Origin: an uncultured Actinomycetota bacterium
Lineage (GTDB): Bacteria; Actinomycetota; Humimicrobiia; Humimicrobiales; Humimicrobiaceae
Assembly: GCA_964610315.1 (NCBI GenBank)
Contig: CAZSVM010000013.1
Span: forward strand, 7,014-71,013
Length of the DNA stretch: 64,000 bases
Direction of reading: 5' to 3'
Shown: one piece after another, positions 59,838 through 64,000 of the stretch
Numbering within the stretch: position 1 is the first letter of the stretch
Layout: every line of letters begins with the position of its first letter
Notes under the pieces: generated by a model
The model's database searches: none
Told to the model about the DNA's origin: nothing
What the model saw: only the letters and a program-made list of their open reading frames with translations
Program-made: the position numbers and the translations under genes

Positions 59838-60096
59838 TTAAAAATACCTTTCTTCAAATTACTTTTTTTATATATAAAAGAGAAGTAGAAATATATTATT
59901 TGAAATATGGATTAAATGAAATAAGAAGATATTGATAAAAGTAGACTTACTTCTATTTTATTTATTTACTTCTAATAAAAAATCCCTACTACTCTAATTT
60001 AAAATTTAAAACTATTTAAGCAACATCAACATATTATATAATATATTTTAAATTTGTCCAAAGATTATTTTTTCCGTTATAAATTATAAAATAAGT

Positions 60097-60133
60097 AAAA
60101 AATAAGCCGCTAGTGGCAGCGGCTTATTTTTTT
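60097..60133 (-). terminator. bidirectional rho-independent terminator downstream of serpin gene
   Basis: AGCCGCT-agtggc-AGCGGCT stem (60105-60124), flanked by T-runs on both strands. Confidence 0.75.
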
Positions 60134-60214
60134 ATTGAAACTTACTTATTAAATACTATATTATGGCGATAATATCCAATTTAAATGCTTCCTATATACC
60201 AATATATTATTATC

Positions 60215-61489
60215 TTACGGTTCCACAACTTTTCCCATGAATAAAATACTCCCGGTCCGATCATCAGCAATTACGAAGAAGAAAGGCCTGTTTACTATAA
60301 ATTCCGTTATTTCCTCGATAGGCATTGCCGCTTCCATAATTTCCACTACTGTTGCAGCAGCAGCTTTACTTCCTTTTTCGTTCACCTCTATAACTGCTTT
60401 GTGAAGCACTCTTGATATCCAGGGACTTTCGCCAGGTTCACGGTAGAAAATACCACTAAAATCTGCTAGACGCCAGTCAAAGGCAATTCCCATTCCCAAT
60501 TTAATGAGCGCATCATTTAAAAGCTTTATACCGTACTCCAATTTATACCTGGGCATAACCACATGAACCTTACTACCATAAAATGAATCTTTAATCTCAT
60601 TCCATTTCTCTTCATCCAGGGATTCGATTACAGTATCGACACTTATACCTTCATCGGGGAGGATTATATACATAGCCATCTTTTCCTGACCATAAGGAAG
60701 CTTAACACCCGAAAAGTTATCCCCTTTATAGTAGCCAAAATTTTCCTCCTGGGACATCATGGGAACTTTTTTGGTGGTTCCGTCACTGAGGTAAAAATCA
60801 TCATCTGTGGTCAAATTCTCATCAAATGGATAAGTCCAGTTTCCCTTAAAATATATGGCGTTTATAAGATACATGACTGCGTCGTCTGGTATTACCGAAA
60901 TCATCTTGTCAATCTTTCCTTTAGTTGCTTCCTCAATCCAGCCGTTTATGGTATCAACTGCATCCGGGGCAAAAAAATCAATTTCATTAATTTCTGAATT
61001 AAAATATTTGTTGTTCCTCTCAATAAAATCCTCTTTAACTTTATCACCTAGTCTATACCAGATAGAATTGGCAATAGCCAGATCTATATCGCTGTCCGCA
61101 TTTTCGATACTGGCCAGAAGATCACGAAATCCGGAATTCAGCTCTTCCAGATCGAAACCCTTAAACTGCAATGCTTCAGCCATTGCCAGATTGGTATCGC
61201 CAACCGCCCCATTATAGGTCATAGCCAGAGCCAGGAGTATGGAGAGAGGAGATATGAATATATTCTGATCACTGTCTTCCGAAATAAGTTCCTTAAAGAT
61301 ATTTAATCCAAAACGGGTGTTGGCGCTGATAAGATTTTTATCTACTGAAGCTGCCATTTCATCCGATTGCTTGCCGGTAACTTTTCCCCCGAACTTTTCC
61401 TTTGAGCATTGGGTAAATAAAGCAGCATTGGATAAGAGCATAATAATAATTAAAACCAGCGGAATCAAAAACAGCTTGCTCCTCTTCAT
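60215..61489 (-). CDS. secreted serpin (serine protease inhibitor), inhibitory-type reactive-centre loop
   Basis: Signal peptide. Serpin motifs (FSPLSILLALAMTYNGA, NAIYFKGNW), hinge GSKAAAATVV and FIVNRPFFFVI near the C-terminus. Confidence 0.85.
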   Translation of the reverse strand: MKRSKLFLIPLVLIIIMLLSNAALFTQCSKEKFGGKVTGKQSDEMAASVDKNLISANTRFGLNIFKELISEDSDQNIFISPLSILLALAMTYNGAVGDTNLAMAEALQFKGFDLEELNSGFRDLLASIENADSDIDLAIANSIWYRLGDKVKEDFIERNNKYFNSEINEIDFFAPDAVDTINGWIEEATKGKIDKMISVIPDDAVMYLINAIYFKGNWTYPFDENLTTDDDFYLSDGTTKKVPMMSQEENFGYYKGDNFSGVKLPYGQEKMAMYIILPDEGISVDTVIESLDEEKWNEIKDSFYGSKVHVVMPRYKLEYGIKLLNDALIKLGMGIAFDWRLADFSGIFYREPGESPWISRVLHKAVIEVNEKGSKAAAATVVEIMEAAMPIEEITEFIVNRPFFFVIADDRTGSILFMGKVVEP

Positions 61490-61685
61490 AAAAACTCCTT
61501 TAATTGTGTTTATAAATCCATAATATATATACGATAGATATTAACCGGTAATTAAGGTCGAATTATACAATGAATAATTACTTACCAACAAATACTAAAC
61601 AATATTGGAAAATTTTTAGGGAGGATTTAATTACGGATAATATAAATCAAGAAATCAAAGTAATAAATCCGGGTATTATTTTAAT

Positions 61686-62312
61686 TTACCTGTAAATTCC
61701 TTCTTTAATTATTTGGAGGTACTCCTTAACTTCGGCATTAATTTTCTTATATAACTTGATTGATTCCGATGCAGTACATTTTTTAAAAATCTCTATATGC
61801 CTGTTCAGGTAACCTTCTAGAAATAAAGTTATAACCTCTACCGCTTTTTTAATATCAATACCCTCCCTGAATTTTGAGGTGTCTATACCTTTATATATAC
61901 TTGATTTACTCTCTGAGGTAAATTTTAAATAACTTTTATATATCTCTCCTTTAAGGTGATCAGGTGCGCTTATAACCGATTTATAGATAATTTCATACAA
62001 TAGTGGCTCTTCCATGGCTATTTTTAGCTTAAGCAACCCACTTTGTTCAAGCCTCTCAAAAATATCGGGAGATAAACTAATATTTTCTTCCCTGAATCTA
62101 TTCAGGAATTTGCTTGTGGTATAATCCAGAATATATAAATATAATCGTTTCTTATTTCCAAAAAAATAGAAAAGCGTCCCCTTGGGTATCCCTGCTTTTC
62201 TTACAATGGCATTGGTTGAAGCCTGCTGGTACCCTTTTGCAAATTCTTCCAGACAGGCATTGATAATTTTGTTTTTTTTATCCTGCGATATTTTTTCAAA
62301 ATTCCTGTACAA
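61686..62312 (-). CDS. TetR-family transcriptional regulator
   Basis: N-terminal HTH (TNAIVRKAGIPKGTLFYFFGNKK); 208 aa. Confidence 0.8.
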   Translation of the reverse strand: MYRNFEKISQDKKNKIINACLEEFAKGYQQASTNAIVRKAGIPKGTLFYFFGNKKRLYLYILDYTTSKFLNRFREENISLSPDIFERLEQSGLLKLKIAMEEPLLYEIIYKSVISAPDHLKGEIYKSYLKFTSESKSSIYKGIDTSKFREGIDIKKAVEVITLFLEGYLNRHIEIFKKCTASESIKLYKKINAEVKEYLQIIKEGIYR

Positions 62313-62376
62313 GATTCAATTTCACCATCTCTTTATGGTAAGTTTTATTATTTTTGTGATTATCGGCCATCTACAA

Positions 62377-63177
62377 TCAGCTATGCATATCTTTTTTATG
62401 ATAAAAAATATAGGTACCGGCTACCGACAGACATACGATTGAAACCATAATAATTATATATTTATAATCAATTCTGGCCCTGGTTATTATATCAGCAGCG
62501 TTTACATATTCAAAAGGTGAGATATATTTAAGAACATCGAATTTGTCCGATAGCGATGATATTATCCCTAAAAAATATGTGCCTATAACCATACCCAGTG
62601 ATATGGACATTAATGCCCTGGCCCTGGTAATAAATACGGAAATAAGAAGACCCACCGAAGCAAAAGTAAGGTGCAGCAGAAATGCACCCCCTGAAAGCCA
62701 TAAATATATTTTCATATCAAATCCATTTGATTTAAATGCTTCTATCAACCCCAGATCCGCAATAAACAAACCCATATTAAAAGCGAATATATATGACAAT
62801 ACGGACAATGCCTTTGAAGTTACAATTTTTTCTCTGGATACCGGTTTTGCCAGGAGAAATTCTATGGTTTTATCATCTTCTTCTTTGGAGATTATACCGG
62901 ACCCCAGTATCATTGAATAAATACTGCCCAGCAGGGTAATAAATAAAAAAATTTCCAGCCCAAAAAAATCAAGGATATTGGTTAGATTCAGCTTATCTAT
63001 ACCAAAGATTTTGATAAAAGCATCCGGATAACTTTTAAGCAGCAGCTCAATATTTCCAGTCTGGCCGGCAAATGATGGATAAACAGAAAAAACAACTGCA
63101 TTTAGCACAATCAGAACAACAAACCAGATAAAAAAAGATTTTTTATTACCCGAAATTTCCCTTAAATAAATCGGCAT
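62377..63177 (-). CDS. ABC-2 type exporter permease
   Basis: Six predicted transmembrane helices. Probable start MPIYLRE at 63177 with GGAGG ribosome-binding site (ORF track extends to 63267, overlapping the ATPase gene). Confidence 0.7.
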   Translation of the reverse strand: MPIYLREISGNKKSFFIWFVVLIVLNAVVFSVYPSFAGQTGNIELLLKSYPDAFIKIFGIDKLNLTNILDFFGLEIFLFITLLGSIYSMILGSGIISKEEDDKTIEFLLAKPVSREKIVTSKALSVLSYIFAFNMGLFIADLGLIEAFKSNGFDMKIYLWLSGGAFLLHLTFASVGLLISVFITRARALMSISLGMVIGTYFLGIISSLSDKFDVLKYISPFEYVNAADIITRARIDYKYIIIMVSIVCLSVAGTYIFYHKKDMHS

Positions 63178-63178
63178 A

Positions 63179-64000
63179 TTATTTATCCTCCTTCCTGTAG
63201 TAATGCATAAATATCTCTTCCAGGGTAGGTTCCTCAATCCACAGATCGTTGATTTCTCTTTTAGCAAGTTCCTGTATTATTTTTTCAATTTCGCCAAAAT
63301 AAATAAATTCCATTAAGTTACCGGTTACTTTTTTATCTTTTATACCAGTAATATTTATCTGATTGTCTTCTGTAACTTTACCAGACAGGGTAACCCTGAT
63401 TTTTTTATATTTGCCCTTCCTAAGTTTATCAATCTCTTGTATATCAACTATATACCCCTCTTTTATAATAGCTGCTTTATTACAGATTTTCTGAACATCG
63501 CTTAATACATGAGATGAAAAAAATATGGTTACCCCCTTTTTATTTTCCTCTTTTAGTATGTTAAAGAATTCACTCTGGACCAGAGGATCCAGCCCACTTG
63601 TAGGCTCATCCATTATTAAAAGTTTGGGACCATGCATAATTGCCTGTATAATTGCCAGTTTCTTCTTGTTTCCGGATGAAAGTGAGCTTATTTTTAAATT
63701 TTGCTCCAGTCCAAGTATCCCGGCCAGTCCTTCCATTTTTACTCTACAGTCCTTGTGATACAGCCTAGCTGCATAATTTAGGAGATCTCTTACTCTTAAA
63801 TCCTCATAATAATTTACCTCGGCAGGTAAATAACCGACCATTTTTTTTATCTCTGAAGATTGCGAAACACAATCCATTCCGAATATTTTTGCACTTCCCC
63901 CCGTAGGATGTATCAAATTTAATAGAGTTCTTATAGTTGTCGTTTTACCAGCTCCGTTTGGGCCTATAAATCCAAAGATATCTCCGCTTTCGATTTTTAG
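63179..64000 (-). CDS. ABC transporter ATP-binding protein (5' end beyond window)
   Basis: Signature LSSGNKKKL, Walker B LLIMDEPT, H-loop SSHVL. Upstream in frame, 63917-64000 encodes the Walker A region (IGPNGAGKTT). Confidence 0.85.
   Translation of the reverse strand, partial: LKIESGDIFGFIGPNGAGKTTTIRTLLNLIHPTGGSAKIFGMDCVSQSSEIKKMVGYLPAEVNYYEDLRVRDLLNYAARLYHKDCRVKMEGLAGILGLEQNLKISSLSSGNKKKLAIIQAIMHGPKLLIMDEPTSGLDPLVQSEFFNILKEENKKGVTIFFSSHVLSDVQKICNKAAIIKEGYIVDIQEIDKLRKGKYKKIRVTLSGKVTEDNQINITGIKDKKVTGNLMEFIYFGEIEKIIQELAKREINDLWIEEPTLEEIFMHYYRKEDK

Overview
Low-GC (roughly 30% by eye) bacterial chromosomal window. Almost all genes are on the minus strand, and the window holds several conserved housekeeping blocks.

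(1) 1-6371 is the right-hand part of an integrative element whose large serine recombinase gene (4884..6371) abuts and truncates the competence/Mg-chelatase-like gene comM (yifB) (fragment 6358..7410). Its cargo is a translationally coupled two-gene operon: a SAMHD1/dGTPase-like HD phosphohydrolase with a long C-terminal extension, followed by an IrrE/ImmA-type zinc metallopeptidase. It also carries an acidic-repeat lipoprotein. The two-gene operon is the best candidate for an undescribed system, most plausibly a defence or abortive-infection module.

(2) 7.5-12.1 kb holds a radical-SAM methylthiotransferase, small hypothetical proteins and a GAF-PAS-HD-GYP sensor phosphodiesterase.

(3) 12.2-29.8 kb is a classic ribosome / signal-recognition-particle (SRP) / cell-cycle block: yraN-rnhB-lepB-rplS-trmD-rimM-khpA-rpsP-ffh-ftsY-smc-rnc-acpP-plsX. 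The smc here is unusually short and has no recognisable hinge. The block continues with a DRTGG protein, an ADP-forming acetyl-CoA synthetase, rpmF, coaD, rsmD and fakA.

(4) 30.1-33.5 kb is a compositionally atypical sugar ABC transporter cassette with a much higher GC content than the surrounding sequence. It sits next to a ROK repressor and is bracketed by a ~187-bp inverted duplication of the promoter and 5' end of a small basic-protein gene.

(5) 35.7-39.9 kb contains rpmB, a GNAT acetyltransferase, a 14-blade WD40 lipoprotein and a membrane-anchored AraC regulator.

(6) 40-49 kb carries rsmB-fmt-def-priA-metK-coaBC-rpoZ-gmk-mihF in actinobacterial-type synteny.

(7) 49-59.4 kb is a complete pyr operon, pyrR-pyrB-pyrC-carA-carB-pyrK-pyrD-pyrF-pyrE, with a PyrR attenuator.

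(8) 59.5-64 kb holds an RRM RNA-binding protein, a secreted serpin, a TetR regulator and an ABC-2 exporter.

No rRNA, tRNA or CRISPR array was found. Three genes appear to start at AUA/AUU/AUC codons.
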